A stretch of DNA of 64,000 nucleotides from Takakia lepidozioides (lineage: Eukaryota > Plantae > Bryophyta). The position numbers and the translations under genes are program-made. Below are positions 1-12,637 of the stretch, one piece after another (positions within the stretch are counted from its first letter, which is position 1; each line of letters starts with the position of its first letter). The notes beneath the pieces were generated by a model. That model worked only from the letters and a program-made list of their open reading frames with translations, did no database searches and was not told where the DNA came from. Location: positions 60,574,001 to 60,638,000 of the forward strand of contig CM060734.1 of NCBI GenBank assembly GCA_030704615.1, written 5' to 3'.

Positions 1-283
1 CCCATCGAGGATTTGACTGACCACCTCTTGTGTGTGCTGCTTGTGTCTGTAGTCAGGTAATGTCGGATTGGTCTGCGAGAACCACCACGCTGCAGCTGAG
101 CGGGCGGAGATTGAAACACGGCCTGCTAAGACCAAGCCGACTCTCCCAAGAACCTTGTAAACATCAGGAAGAATACCAAATCATGGTATTAACAGGAGCC
201 AAGAGTCCACATTTGCAGGATGGACAAACTTCTTCACATCGTACATTAAGAAAAAGCCATACCTTGCGATTGTGGTTGTCCAC
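1..283 (-). pseudogene. 5' segment of a paralogue of the PDF-PPR-DYW gene (rest would lie left of the window)
   Basis: Highly similar to 33886-34182, with a small deletion. The minus strand reads ...AAWWFSQTNPTLPDYRHKQHTQEV, a degenerate PDF-like motif. Confidence 0.7.
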
Positions 284-519
284 CCAAGCTATGCATGCAG
301 ATCCTCCACGCAAACACAACAAAACAATAAGTCCCATAACTTCCTCATTGCTAAAGGCAATCCCGCAACCCTAAATCCATGTTGAATTATTTGGATGGAT
401 GTATCGTAAATGGATGGATTTTGGGTTTTCCATCAATCCATCTATTTGGTTTTTCGTTTATTAGTTCATCCATCATTTTAATTTAATCCATTCATCCATT
501 CATATGAAATTAATGAATT

Positions 520-663
520 CCAGCAAGGCGTTTGTCTATCATTCGTTCAGATAAATCAGTTGTTCTGTTTCACTAACCTTTCATACGTTCATCCAATAGT
601 TGCCAGCAAGGCGTTTGTTTATCATTCGTTCGGGTAATTCAGTTGTTTTGTTTCACTAACCTT
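520..663. repeat. Direct duplication, ~83-bp period
   Basis: ccagcaaggcgtttgt(c/t)tatcattcgttc...gtttcactaacctt starts at 520 and again at 603. Confidence 0.8.
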
Positions 664-904
664 AACCAGCACACGATTAGTTTACTATTAATGTGCTGGG
701 TCAGTGAAAAAGTAGTTAAATATTTTTACTTCTTATTATCCACGTATATATTGCTATATAGTTTATATATTGTGATTACACGTGCCTTTGCTTAACTGGT
801 TGTCTCAGTCAGCTCATTTTAGGTAGTCAAAGTCTCTCACTACAGTCAAATTTTTTGCGGTTGTCTAGCACCTCGAATATTTTAATATTAATTTTGACTG
901 CAAA

Positions 905-1666
905 ATGGTTGGAACAGTCGAAAGTGACAAAAGTCAACGCCAGCGTCAAACTAAATCGTCGAAATTACATAGGGTGTGTTGTAGTGTGCGGAGTATGATG
1001 CTTGGGAGCACATATTACCGAGTGGGTGACCTAATCGTGGTCAAGCCTGATGCAGATGGTGTGGACCATACATGGTCGTGGAAAGCTAAGATTATTAGAT
1101 TCTTCATCCATGAGTTCCAAGGTAACATGGGAGTCTTCTTTGAGGCTAACTATTTTCAGCAGAGAATGACAATCGATGATCCCACTGCAGCATTAGTTCA
1201 TGACATTAGTGGTATGCAGGTGTTGAATGCTATACCCAATGAAGTAGCCGTGAGACCTGCTTATCAGTTACTGCACAAGTTCATGGCATTCCCCGTGTAT
1301 TCTGACGTACAGTTGAGGCGTGGACAATTCATGGTGGCGTACGAACTGGAAGATGTGGCAGTTAGAGAACATTTGTTGCAAGCTGGAGAACCAGGGTGTC
1401 CACCTCCATTTCCTGAGGTCAATGACATTGTGATTATGAAGCCTACAAACTGGGTTGTAGGGGATGCAATGGTCCACGTTGTGATCCGATTTGTCATACC
1501 CAAAAGACTGCCGCTCCTACAAAGGGAATCACACGCCATGAGATCATCCGGCGTGACCGAAAATGATGATTTCGTGCTGTGGTGGTCAAACTGTTGCATA
1601 CTCTTGGACCCAACAAGTTTAGGGCAACCTCAACAATGGAGACTTGCTCTTGGCACAGGCTCGTGA
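905..1666 (+). CDS. Hypothetical ORF with a BAH-like beta-barrel, probably transposon-associated and frameshifted near 1570
   Basis: 253-aa ORF. YRVGDLIVVKP...WKAKIIRFF...FEANYF resembles the BAH pattern (GDxVxV...WxAxI...F...). Judged by eye only. Confidence 0.35.
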   Translation: MVGTVESDKSQRQRQTKSSKLHRVCCSVRSMMLGSTYYRVGDLIVVKPDADGVDHTWSWKAKIIRFFIHEFQGNMGVFFEANYFQQRMTIDDPTAALVHDISGMQVLNAIPNEVAVRPAYQLLHKFMAFPVYSDVQLRRGQFMVAYELEDVAVREHLLQAGEPGCPPPFPEVNDIVIMKPTNWVVGDAMVHVVIRFVIPKRLPLLQRESHAMRSSGVTENDDFVLWWSNCCILLDPTSLGQPQQWRLALGTGS

Positions 1667-2199
1667 AGAGAGTGGGGACGATAGCCCCAAACACACCAGC
1701 CTAGTGACACAAACAAAGGTGCCTTGCCATCTGGCCTGCTCAGTGCCTGCACCCTTAATCCAGTCACCCACGTCCCCCACACCTTTCAAAAGGAACTTGC
1801 ATGGCATGTTTGTTGTGGCAGGTTTGTTAAATCCATTCTGTGGGTAATTATTAACCTGAGTGTGCTTGGATGTTTCTGTTGCAGCTCCTCCAAGGGGTGG
1901 AGACAAGGTCAAGGGCTCTCTGTCTTTTCATTTAGGCTATGGTGGTGCAGGCTATGGAAGCAGCGGAGGCTATGGTGCAGCTAGCCATGAACAGAGGATA
2001 CGGTGGCAGTGGGTATGGAGGTGGCTATGGAGCGGCAGAGAGGTCAACCATAGTTCAGATTGTTATGTTGAGGAGATTCTAGTAGACTCCGGCTTATCCC
2101 ATTTTTGCAGATGTTTAGGAAGGGAGGGGAGCAATTTTTGATCAAACGATTGCTTATGGAGGTTCGGTTGCTTTTACGGGATCTGCCATGTTGGGATGA

Positions 2200-5100
2200 G
2201 GATGGTTGTTAGACTTAAACTCAAACATAATGGTCATCTCAACAATATCTCAAACTGCCACCAGGGCTTGCAGATCTCTCCTTCACACGTCTGGAAGCTT
2301 AAGGGGGCCCAAGATTTACTCATCCGCTGCTGAGTCAATATGGCAGGGAATTGGGCATGCAAATTCAATCAATTTGAATGTCCATCACAATACATTTTGA
2401 TTTACTCAATGAGGGACCAAGGAGAGCAAAAGAGCCAAAATGAGTATTACAGCGGCATTGCTTTGGAACCCCAGCAAAACCCTTGGATATCTTCTTCTGA
2501 AATTGCAATAGGAAATGGGCAGTCTATGAGAACATCCCAATTTCATTCAACGATAATTGAAGGTAACTGTCAAATTGCTCAGAATAGCACTCATCTACAC
2601 TCAGATCATTCAGGTAGTATCATAAAGGAAGGAAGACCTGTTCTCAGACACAAGGGCTACAACAAATTGAAAAAGCTCTGAAACCTCACAATAATCACTA
2701 TTGATCAGACTGAAATAACTGAAGTGGCTCAAAGTGAGAAACAAGACCCTTATAGTCATGAGGAAATGCTCTCTGGCAAATGCCCAAAAGTTGCGTCTGT
2801 CAGAGCATAAGAGCTTCAAACAATTAACAATGACCAGGACAAAGACCACTGAAGCAAGAAGCTAAATAAGCTGCCTTTAGCAGGTTTCACTTGTAATGAG
2901 CAGCTTGACCGATTGCTTGGCCAAGTTCCATTACACATCCCCATGGGTTATAGGGATAGAGTGCCAATGCCTATACTTGTTCAACTTCCATAATGGCTAA
3001 ACTATGACCTCTTCTGCCCTACTATAAGCGGGTTTAGTGAAGTGGCAAGAATTTGGTCTCTTACATTTCAAAAGGGTTCATATTTCATTGTATCCTGGTC
3101 CAAGAAGCCAACATCCTACATGCTGAAACTACTCCCAAACAATTGCAGAACCAGCTTCAATTTCGTAGTGAGCGATAAGCTATGATTGATCCAGCCAAAG
3201 ACCTATATGCAACATATGAGGAAAACATTTGGAAGATCTTTCACTCATGTCTGCAAAACCTCCTCTAATCACACCTAGAGAGCATGTAACTGCCTGAAGC
3301 AAGTCTAAGCCAAATGGACAAAACTGCTATCTATAGCCATCTGTCAAGTGGCTACCCCAATGCCATGCCTGGGACCCAACTTGTACATAGTTCCCATGAT
3401 ATGATTTGCCATGGTTTTGCCAAGATGAACATCATCTCTCCCACTCTTTCTTCCCTTCAGCCTTCACCATGTACTTCTGCGAATCAGATTCCACGGCAAC
3501 CACAGTTTTCAAATTTCTCCAGTTGGCTGCCTATGGTGCGCCCAGAAACCTGACACCCCTCAGATGTTGCCCTGTGTCTTCCGGGCACGGGGTTGAGCCA
3601 GCACAAGACTGGAGGCAAACCTATCCCAACAAAGAAATCAATCTGTACGCACCAATTTTCAATCCACTGACACTCTTAACTCTTCAAACATCCACACTAT
3701 TTTAAATAACTGCAGAGATGCAAACAGTCAACAGATATGAGAGCTTTCCAAAGAAGAAACCTGCATGAACTTCAGTAATAGGTCTGTGGCTGGCCAGTTC
3801 CTGGGAGGGGGTATCCAGCAGCTGTTGAAGGGACTTGTGTTGCATATGAGGAGGCTGCAGTCATCTGACACACAAAATGACAACATCAATCTTGGTGATA
3901 TGCAAGAGTATCAAATAGAAGAAAGAGGAGGGACGCAAGTAACCAGCCTGAAATGCACCCACATCTGTAGCTTAGAATTGTTGCCCACTATCTTACAGTC
4001 AACTATAGACAAAGGTTAATGGGATCTGTATAGATCCATTGACAACTTGTTCTCTTTCTCTCCAACCCACTGTTCTCTCTTGGTGTCTAGCTCACTTCTC
4101 TGCGCGTACCCCATTTCTGACATTTGAAATATGTTTGCCTCTTCTTGATATTTTTAGCATCCAAAGAGACACAGGCAGAAACAACCCAAGAATACTAGAG
4201 AGAGAGATTCATTACGTCAGGCCCAAAGAAGCATGGAAGGGGAGAGAGAGAGTGTGAGCTTCCAAAAGTTATAGACATACATAAAGAGCCTCTTTACTCC
4301 TCCACTACAGTTGAAACTATACCAAGTGACCAAGAATCTCAGGGCTGGTGCCCTCAGTGGAACAAACGAAACTTATTGGAGCTTCAACAAATTGTCGGGG
4401 GTTACTTGCACTCGTTTTGGGCTGCGCACTTCAAATGATGCAGAGGTACTGAATGAAGTGGTAGCCAAGTGCCCCTCAAAAGAAACAGAATTCTGCACTG
4501 TCAAGGCCTGCCAGTCTATTGTCTGTGTAACTAGAGGCAAGTTACCAGAAAAAAAACTTGGCTTGGTATGTGTTTCCCCCATACCTTGGCTCTGTCCTGC
4601 ACCTTTTGTTACTCGAACTGTAGGGGTCAAATTGAAGAAATTGAAGTCAACCTTCAAGCAACGCTTGGCTGCTTTAGACATAGTGGTACAGTGGGCTTTG
4701 GGAGAGAAGGTGAGATTGGTCAATCTCCCAAAGTTGACGGGTGAAGAGGTTGTAGACCTTTGTCTCGATAATATCGAGGACTTATAGTGGCTTAGGTGCC
4801 TCACGGAGTTGAATTACTGGCCCCTATTTTGGCACCGGTAGGGAGTGGTGAGTAGGGTTTAAGGCACTCTGACTTTGATCAGCAATTAATTGCCTGGTTT
4901 CTAGTGCTCTGTGTTTCAACCTCCATATCCACTGCAAAGCAATGCAGATAAGCTAAAAGGTCTTGGTAATGGCTTCCTGGTTTAAAAAGCTCTCTTCTGG
5001 AAAATACTTCTGCCTCCTCTCTCTGCTTGCCCTCTAATGAAGAACAGGTGACTGGCACAACACCCACTAGCCAAAGACATCCCATCTGTGAGGTACAAGC

Positions 5101-5200
5101 CTACATAAGCACTGTTGTTATCAACAATGTGCTTGCTGCTATGATGTCAAGGCTCCTACTAACTTACAATCAGCACTGCATCCCCATGGTTGTGGATTAT
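2200..5200 (-). mobile_element. Highly degenerate LINE (L1-like) remnant
   Basis: Minus strand near 3630-3660 reads KIGAYRLISLLG, like the RT motif YRPISLL, followed by a GF.GR-like remnant. Many stops; boundaries approximate. Confidence 0.35.
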
Positions 5201-5354
5201 ACGTGGGAGCTATGGCAATTAAATGCAAAGCAGTTCATGGGAAACAAACCAAGAAGAAAAACACCTTCTAGGAAAAAAATATGCGGGCAAAGATTAAAGG
5301 AAAACCTCACGGGGAAAAGTATAGAGGAAAAACCAATTCCGCAAAGGGAAAAAT

Positions 5355-5510
5355 CTCAATAGGGGAAAGGTGCATTGGGGAGAAATAAATACACCACGGA
5401 AAAATCCAAATAGGGAAAATGCAGTGGGAAAAAATAAATACACCAGGAAAAACCCAAATAGGGAAAATGCAGTGGGAAAAAAAAATACACCGGGGAAAAT
5501 CAGGAAAGGA
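5355..5510. repeat. Tandem ~50-bp purine-rich repeat (3 copies)
   Basis: Unit aatagggaaaatgcagtgggaaaaaataaatacacc...aaaa(t/c)cc recurs. Confidence 0.75.
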
Positions 5511-6914
5511 AAATCAACGGGGTAATTGTTTCCTGTGAACGGTGGTGCAAACATTTCCACTGTTGCACAGTTCCCTCTGACGTATAAATCAGTACGAATA
5601 TCTAAGGGCATTTTGCCCTTTTCCCCATGAGGGAATCGTTCTAAAGCTCCTTGTATATCCTACAACTTATGTCAACTCCTCAGCAAACTCTTCCACTATC
5701 CTGAAAACTTCGACATTAGTTGAGAATCTTACACTCCTTGTGTCGGTAGTGTATCTTTGCCTCGCTACAGAGGCCACTGAATGACAGCAAGACCAATGAA
5801 AAAGCAAGCTGCAGCTTGAGGATACTCATTGCAGTTGTGTAAGCGGGTCTTGAGATCTCACAGTGGATGGAGCTTCAAGAGGCTGCCAAGGCCTTCAGCT
5901 CCACGCACATATAGAGTTTGGAAGGGGCAACACAACATTCAACAACAACTTCTTGGAGCTGCTCTGCTCTGCATCACCTTCTATGACATACGGGACCTAG
6001 AGATCAAAATGCGTCAGTACCGACAATGGATGGATGGATGGATGAGTGGATGGACGGATGGACCAGTAATCCCAAACTAATTATCATCTAAAGACAAGTA
6101 GAATAAATGATCTTTCATCCAACTATTGGACAAGATAACCTATTTATGTTAGCAATCCATATTACATAGTTCATCCGATTCTAATGTCATTCATTCATTA
6201 CTAACAGTCCAGATCATGAGGCCCGTCCCAGATGCTTCCAAGTAGACCCTCGCATGTGGGGGATGAGGACATTAAGAGCTCATCTCGGTGTCTCTCGTCT
6301 CTTCCCGACCGCTCCGATCTAAATATGTGGACTACATCGCCCCAAGACATTGAGGTCGACACACCTCTTTTCCCTGTTGACAAGTGAATAAGGCTCCCAA
6401 GTTTACGTGGCCCTGTGGTCCCGTCAGGCATCATCTCGCGGGCGCTGTGATGTGCTAGACCAATCATGGATAGATTTAGTGATCAGCATGTCTTAATGAG
6501 GAGACAATGACGTTGAAGTGGGGGGCCAGCTTGTAAGAGATCTTTCTGACAAGGACTTTCAATACCTCACCAGATTTATAACGGTTTTCTTTTGTATGGC
6601 CCTCTACGGCAGATGAGATTTTGTTGAAACTCTGGGCATCTCTTGGTGATCATCTCCAAGCATAGCTCTATACGAATTGGTATCTTGCCCAGTGAGTATC
6701 TGTGACAGTGTATAAGGACTTAGTCAGTCCCAACTTGCACTCATATCACGCACGCCCAATCTGTGACGATCCCACGGCAGGTAATCAACCCCAGGGCGTG
6801 TCACTCCTCCTCAATTGTGGGCTCGCCAAGTCCATAGGGCGACGGATATCGCACAGACAGGAAAGATGCTAGAAAGATGGTGGAGATGGAGGGCACTACA
6901 AGTGTATTGAGGTC

Positions 6915-7040
6915 CTCTGCCTCATCCAATAGCCCCGCACGTCCAAGAAGGTCCACCATGCAGCGTGCCAGAGTGCGGGCTACTGTCGGAGTGACACCAT
7001 GATCTTGACTCAGGAACCAATGTAGCGTCTTCCCTTCATA
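6915..7040 (-). pseudogene. PPR (L2-S2 region) fragment related to the PPR-DYW gene
   Basis: Reads GRRY..LSQDHGVTPTV...CMVDLLGRAGLLDEAEDL. Shares tactgtcggagtgacaccatgatcttgactcagg with 29940-29973. Confidence 0.8.
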
Positions 7041-7222
7041 TTCCCGTAGTGTGGCACTTGTGTCATCGCACGATAGAGGAAACTTGAGTATGTCAAGTAT
7101 GTGAAGGGGATTAACGTGAGTTGTCCAATGGAAAAGGATTTGTGGTATGGGCTTTGAGAGCTTGCAGCTATACGCTCATATATACAAGGGCAGATTGTAT
7201 TCACAGACATATAGAGAGGGTC

Positions 7223-7932
7223 TGAAAAGGATCTGACTCTCTTTCCTCAGTCCAACTACAGAACAAATTCAGGCCCTTTTCTTATCTTGTTGTTCATAGG
7301 GAATCTATCAGGATCCCAAGAAATCTGCTTGCTTGAATCAACGTCAATATGGACTCATGTGACCATCTTCTTTTATTCCAGTCACTGTTCATTGACTCAG
7401 ACCGTAACAGAGACCACACCAGTCCAACGATCGTTCACCCCTGTTCTTCACGGAAGTGTATTCACAAGCCTTAAGCAGATCTTTCTTATCCCAAACAGTC
7501 ACTGCATTGTCACTCTTCAAATCAACACCTGATGAAGCCTTAGTAATAGGATTTACATTTTTTCTCTATACAAAGGAGAAATCACAGTCCCTGCCGCTGC
7601 AAGGCACCAAATGCCAGTGACAACTATTCCAACATCAACCTACGCTCTAAAAGCACAGCACCGGCTACAGCATTCGGTCCACCCAGCCACCACGCCGTGC
7701 TACACACAGATTTCCTGTCGATGCAGATCTGCTCTAGACGCCTGTACGCCATCATCCTTTCTTCAACCCTCTTGCCATCTCCAAGCACACCTCAAAAATC
7801 CCTAGTCCTGGATCTCTTTATGCACGTGAGCATGCTCCATTTTACCTGCAACTGTCAGTTCAGCGATATTCTAGCAGTCTCTTGTTATTCCAAACTGGTT
7901 GACAGGTCGATCTTCGTTCCTGGCACCTAACA
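7223..7932 (-). repeat. 3' LTR
   Basis: Direct repeat of 11643-12363. Preceded on the minus strand by the PPT ttgggggaat (~7933-7943). Confidence 0.95.
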
Positions 7933-7944
7933 AATTCCCCCAAA

Positions 7945-10900
7945 GTTTTATGGATCTTCCATGTTGGAGGCAGATCCAACTCATAGGCCACTGTGCCATG
8001 GCGTTCCAGGATTTTAAACGGGCCACAAAACCTTGGTGACAACTTATAACACTTGCCCAGTGTTAGATTGCTTCTTTTAGGTGTAACTTTCAAAAACACC
8101 ATATCACCAATGGCAAATACATGAAAAGTCCTGTGCTTATCAGCAAAGAACTTGGCCCGTTCTTGTGCAACCTGCATACTACGCTTCACCAGATCTAGGA
8201 CAGAGTGGATCTCTTTGTTTCTGTCATTCACACTTTGCACATTTGATGGTGGTATAATAAGCGAAGCAAGAGCCAAGCAATCTCGTCCATATAAAGCTTC
8301 AAATGGGCTCATGCCAATGGCACTGTGGAAATGCTTGTTATAAGCAAATTCCACCATATATCTTCTATTGTACGGTTGGTCCTTTCTGTTTGAGCATCTG
8401 TTTCTGGGTGAAAGGCCGTACTCAGTTTCACCTTGGTTCCCAATTTCTTGAACAAGTCAATCCAAAAATGACTTGTAAACTTTGAGTCCCTGTCACAAAT
8501 AATCTCCCGAGGCAGACCATGGATCCTGAATATCTCTTTTATGTACAAGGATGCAACATCAGATGTCGTAGCACTCATCCTTGTAGGTAGCAAGTGGGCT
8601 ATCTTAGACAACCTATCTACAACCACCATGATACTGTCATGGCCATTTCTAGTCCTGGGCAATGCCACAATGAAATCCATGCTAATGGATTCCCAATTCC
8701 ATCCAGGAACAGATAAAGGTTGTAATAATCCAGGAGGTCTGACTCTCTCTGACTTCGAAACCTGACATGAGAAACATTTCTGCACATACTCTTTAATTTC
8801 TCTTTTCATACCTGGCCAAAAATAGTGCTTCCGTATTGACCAATAGGTTCTCTGAAAGCCCGGGTGTCCAGAGATTGGAATATTGTGACTGTCATGAATA
8901 ATCCGCAATCTCAAGTCTGGAATCAGGGGAACACACAGCCGACCATCATAAAATAACACCCCATCTCTCAAGAGGTATGGCCGGTACTTCTATTTCTCAA
9001 TAGAAGTTCTTTGGTCACGAGACAAACTCTTGAATGGCTCTTTGAAGAATTCATCGACCTCATACTGACCTTTAATGTCTTGAAATATAGTGCTACTGAC
9101 GCATGAGACAACATTAGCTTGTAATGGTCTCCTAGAAAGTGCATCAACAATCACATTCTCTCTCCCCTTGACATACTTTAGGTCATAATGGAACTGCTGA
9201 AGCAGTTCTGACCACCTAATCTACCTTTGACTCAAATGAGGTTGTGTGGTCAAGTATTTCAAACTCTGATGGTCAGTCTCTATCACAAAATCAACTGGAA
9301 GCAGGTAATGCCTCCATATCTTCAGAGCGTGAACTATTGCCAACAGTTCTTTTTCATGAGTTGGGTAATTCTTTTCCGCTGGACTGATCTTTCGAGATTC
9401 GTAGGCAATCACTTGCCCATCTTGCATCAGCACAGCCCCAACAGCAAGATCACTTGCATCGGTACACAATACGATTGCTCCCTTCGTAGGGTCGAGCAAT
9501 CTTAGTACATGAGCATGTGTCAAGGCAAACTTCAATTTCTCAAAACTGTTATCACATTCTCTTGTCCAGATGTCCCTCAAGCTTACAGGACTCGGGGATT
9601 TACTTGGACGTATATACCCCTTTTCCAACAGGTCATTCAACTGCCTTTCTAACTCTTCACTTTCTGCAATTGAATGCCTGTACGGTGCCCTTGCAACCGG
9701 TACAGCATCTGACATCAACTCGATAGCATGATCAACCTGCCGTTCAGGGGGCATCCCAGGGATCTCATCATGAAACATATCTTTATATTCATTCAGGATT
9801 AGGCCAAGTCTGGGATGTGACTTCCCTTCTCCCTGATTTGTTTCCAAGACCTCATGCAAGCTAACAGTAAAAAGCTGAGCATTTCTCCTCCGCATACATC
9901 TCTTCATCTGAATAGCTGACAAGACAGGTACATTGGGAAGAGCTCTAGTACCTTTGATATTGAATCCCTTCCCGTTGGGCAAGGTACCACTAACCAGTCC
10001 GGATTTGCAAGCCACCACAGCATCAACCAGATCCAGCCACCGCATGCCAAGGATGCAGTCGTACCGAGCTCCGTCCCAGACCTCGAAGTCAGCCATAGTT
10101 TGCACTCCTTGCATGACCATTGGTACCTTTGGGATGTGTTTGTGCGTAGAATCCATGCCACCATCTGGTAACAGGATTTGACAGGGTTGCATGTCTTCTT
10201 GAACTAGTCGCAACTTGTCAGCAAAATCCTTTGACAACAGGTTATGAGTGCTGCCTGTATCAATTAGTACTTGAGTGGGAATTCCAGCCACTCTCCCCTG
10301 AACCCGTATCACACTGGGGTCATGCTCTATTTGGTCTCCAATGATAGCTGCAGAAACCCGCACATTAGGACCTTTCCCTTTTTCTTGTCCTGACTTCTCC
10401 CCAGTTTCAACAGCTGCACAAGGTTCTGCAGGTTCTTCAACTGTCAAGGCGGCTGTCTGTCGAGCTTGACGATAATTCGGGTACTTCATACACTCAGCAG
10501 CTCTGTGTCCGGGTTCATGGCACAAGAAACACAAACCCTTACGCCTGTGTTCTTCCTGCTCTTCGAAACTGAGCCTTGGAGGAGCCCTCATTGGCGGTCT
10601 CCGTATAGTTTGATCCCCCACCTTCTTAAACGGTTTAAATCTCTTCCAATTCCCTCTCTTTCGCTGGTGACTGCCAAGGACCAGATGATCTAGGCTTGAA
10701 CTCTGCCATGCCACGAGCAAAATTCGAAGAACGTTGTGCCCTCACTTCATTCTCAAAATTACAGGCCAAACGATATGCTTCTGCCTCAGTATGAGGGTTG
10801 TGGGCTTTGACCTTAAATTTGAGAGAATCACTGAGGCCATCAACAAAAAAATCAACTCTATCCTCTTCACTCAACGAGGGAAACAACTGGCATGGGTTTC

Positions 10901-11428
10901 AAATCTCGTCTTAAACTCTCCCACGCTCATAGTCTCCTGTTTCAGCCTGAACAATTCAACTTTCATCTTGTGTGCATAGTCACTAGATAGGTAGTGGGCT
11001 AAGAACAGTGTCTTAAACATAGCCCAACTATCCACAGGTGGTTTCTTGTGTTCACGACGTTCCTGCTTCTGGCGCGACCACCATAGCTTGGCGGCATCAC
11101 GGAGCTGTAGAGCAGCCGTCTGTATCTTGGCTTCCTCTGAATAATCGTCCTCAAAGAACTCTTCTAATGTATCCAGGAAAGACTATATTTCCGTGGGTTT
11201 ACCATAAAATTCTGGTAATTTCACCAATCTTCTGATTTCCCTGGTGACATCCTTGCTTCTTTTCATCTTGGCCTCATGGGAGTTGGCCTCAGATTTGTCC
11301 TCATTCAGTGGCTCACTCATAGGCAGCTCCCTAGATCGCTTTTCAGTTTGAGTTTGTGCAGGGGCCAATTTCTGTATCTCAGATCGAATCAAAGTACCTA
11401 AGGCCTCCATCTGTTGCTGGGAAAACAA
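7945..11428 (-). pseudogene. Disrupted gag-pol polyprotein
   Basis: Zn knuckle CFLCHEPGHRAAEC; protease LIDTGS; RNase H DASDLAVGAVL...EKELLAIV; integrase H..H..CFSC, SMDFI, DRDSKF, TERTN; GPF motif. Frameshifts and stops present; no YxDD motif. Confidence 0.9.
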
Positions 11429-11627
11429 CTAACTTCCATGTTTGCGATTTGAAGCTCGGTGCAGACTGGCCGCATCTGAGTGCTCACGGTCTCCCGCCAT
11501 TTCACTATCCTGATCGTCGTCACCGGGGTGTGTGCTCACAGAGCCGAACGAGATCTGGCTCATTCACACGATTACCCTACTTCTGGAAATTCCGAAATTC
11601 TCAATTTGTTCTCCCCGATCGTAAAAC

Positions 11628-11640
11628 GGCTCTGATACCA
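11628..11640 (-). promoter_or_regulatory. Primer binding site (tRNA-iMet)
   Basis: TGGTATCAGAGCC, 2 nt after the 5' LTR end on the minus strand. Confidence 0.9.
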
Positions 11641-11642
11641 CT

Positions 11643-12363
11643 TGAAAAGGATCTGACTCTCTTTCCTCAGTCCAACTACAGAACAAATTCAGGCCCTTTT
11701 CTTATCTTGCCGTTCATAGGGAATCTATCAGGATCCCAAGAAATCTGCTTCTTGAATCAACGTCAATATGGATTCATGTGACCATCTTCTTTTATTCCAG
11801 TCACCATCTATTGACTCAGACCGTAACAAAGACCACACCAGTCCAACGATCGTTCACCCCTGTTCTTCACGGAAGTGTATTCACAAGCCTTAAGCAGATC
11901 TTTCTTGTCCCACACAGTAACTAGAATCAAATCTGCATTGTCACTCTTCAAATCAACACCTGATGAAGCCTAAGTCATAGGATTTACACTTTTTCTCTAT
12001 ACAAAGGAGAAATCACAGTCCCTGCCGTTGCAAGGCACCAAAGGCCAGTGACAACTATTCCAACATCAACCTACGCTCTAAAAGCACAACACCGGCTACA
12101 GCATCCGGTCCACCCAGCCACCACGCCGTGCTACACACAAATTTCCTGTCGATGCAGATCTGCTCTAGACGCCTGTACGCCATCATCCTTTCTTCAACCC
12201 TCTTGCCATCTCCAAGCACACCTCAAAAATCCCTAGTCCTGGATCTCTTTATGCACGTGAGCATGCTCCATTTTACCTGCAACTGTCAGTTCGGCGATAT
12301 TCTAGCAGTCTCTTGTTATTCCAAACTGGTTGATAGGTCGATCTTTGTTCCTGGCACCTAACA
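11643..12363 (-). repeat. 5' LTR
   Basis: Direct repeat of 7223-7932 with scattered substitutions and one short indel. Confidence 0.95.
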
Positions 12364-12601
12364 GGTTCTCACAAACTCATACACGTCACTCCATTCATCA
12401 GAACATTTCCAATTCGTAGATCAGATCTCGCTCTTGTCTTGAGTCTACCATGATACTAACGTCGACGTTGTCTCTTTGAGAGTCGTTGATGCCTCTGATA
12501 TTAGACTAGGAAGATGTAGGCGCCCTTTACAGACAATGCTATGAATCTGGAGGTGTTTTTTATAAACATCACGGAAGTTCACATCTCAACGAGTGCAGTT
12601 G

Positions 12602-12637
12602 ACAACCCAAACAACCCAAACAACCCAAACAACCCAA
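12602..12637. repeat. (ACAACCCAA)4 minisatellite
   Basis: Read directly from the sequence. Confidence 0.85.

Larger units (their letters stand above)
7223..12363 (-). mobile_element. Ty3/gypsy LTR retrotransposon, non-autonomous (RT core deleted)
   Basis: Two LTRs (TG...CA on the minus strand), PBS, PPT and near-perfect 5-bp TSD (gggtc 7218-7222 / ggttc 12364-12368). Domain order gag-PR-(RT)-RH-IN. Confidence 0.95.

Noticed and set aside
4311-4804. 158-aa (+) and 143-aa (-) ORFs as genes
   Set aside because: No recognisable motifs; they lie within a probable degenerate LINE.
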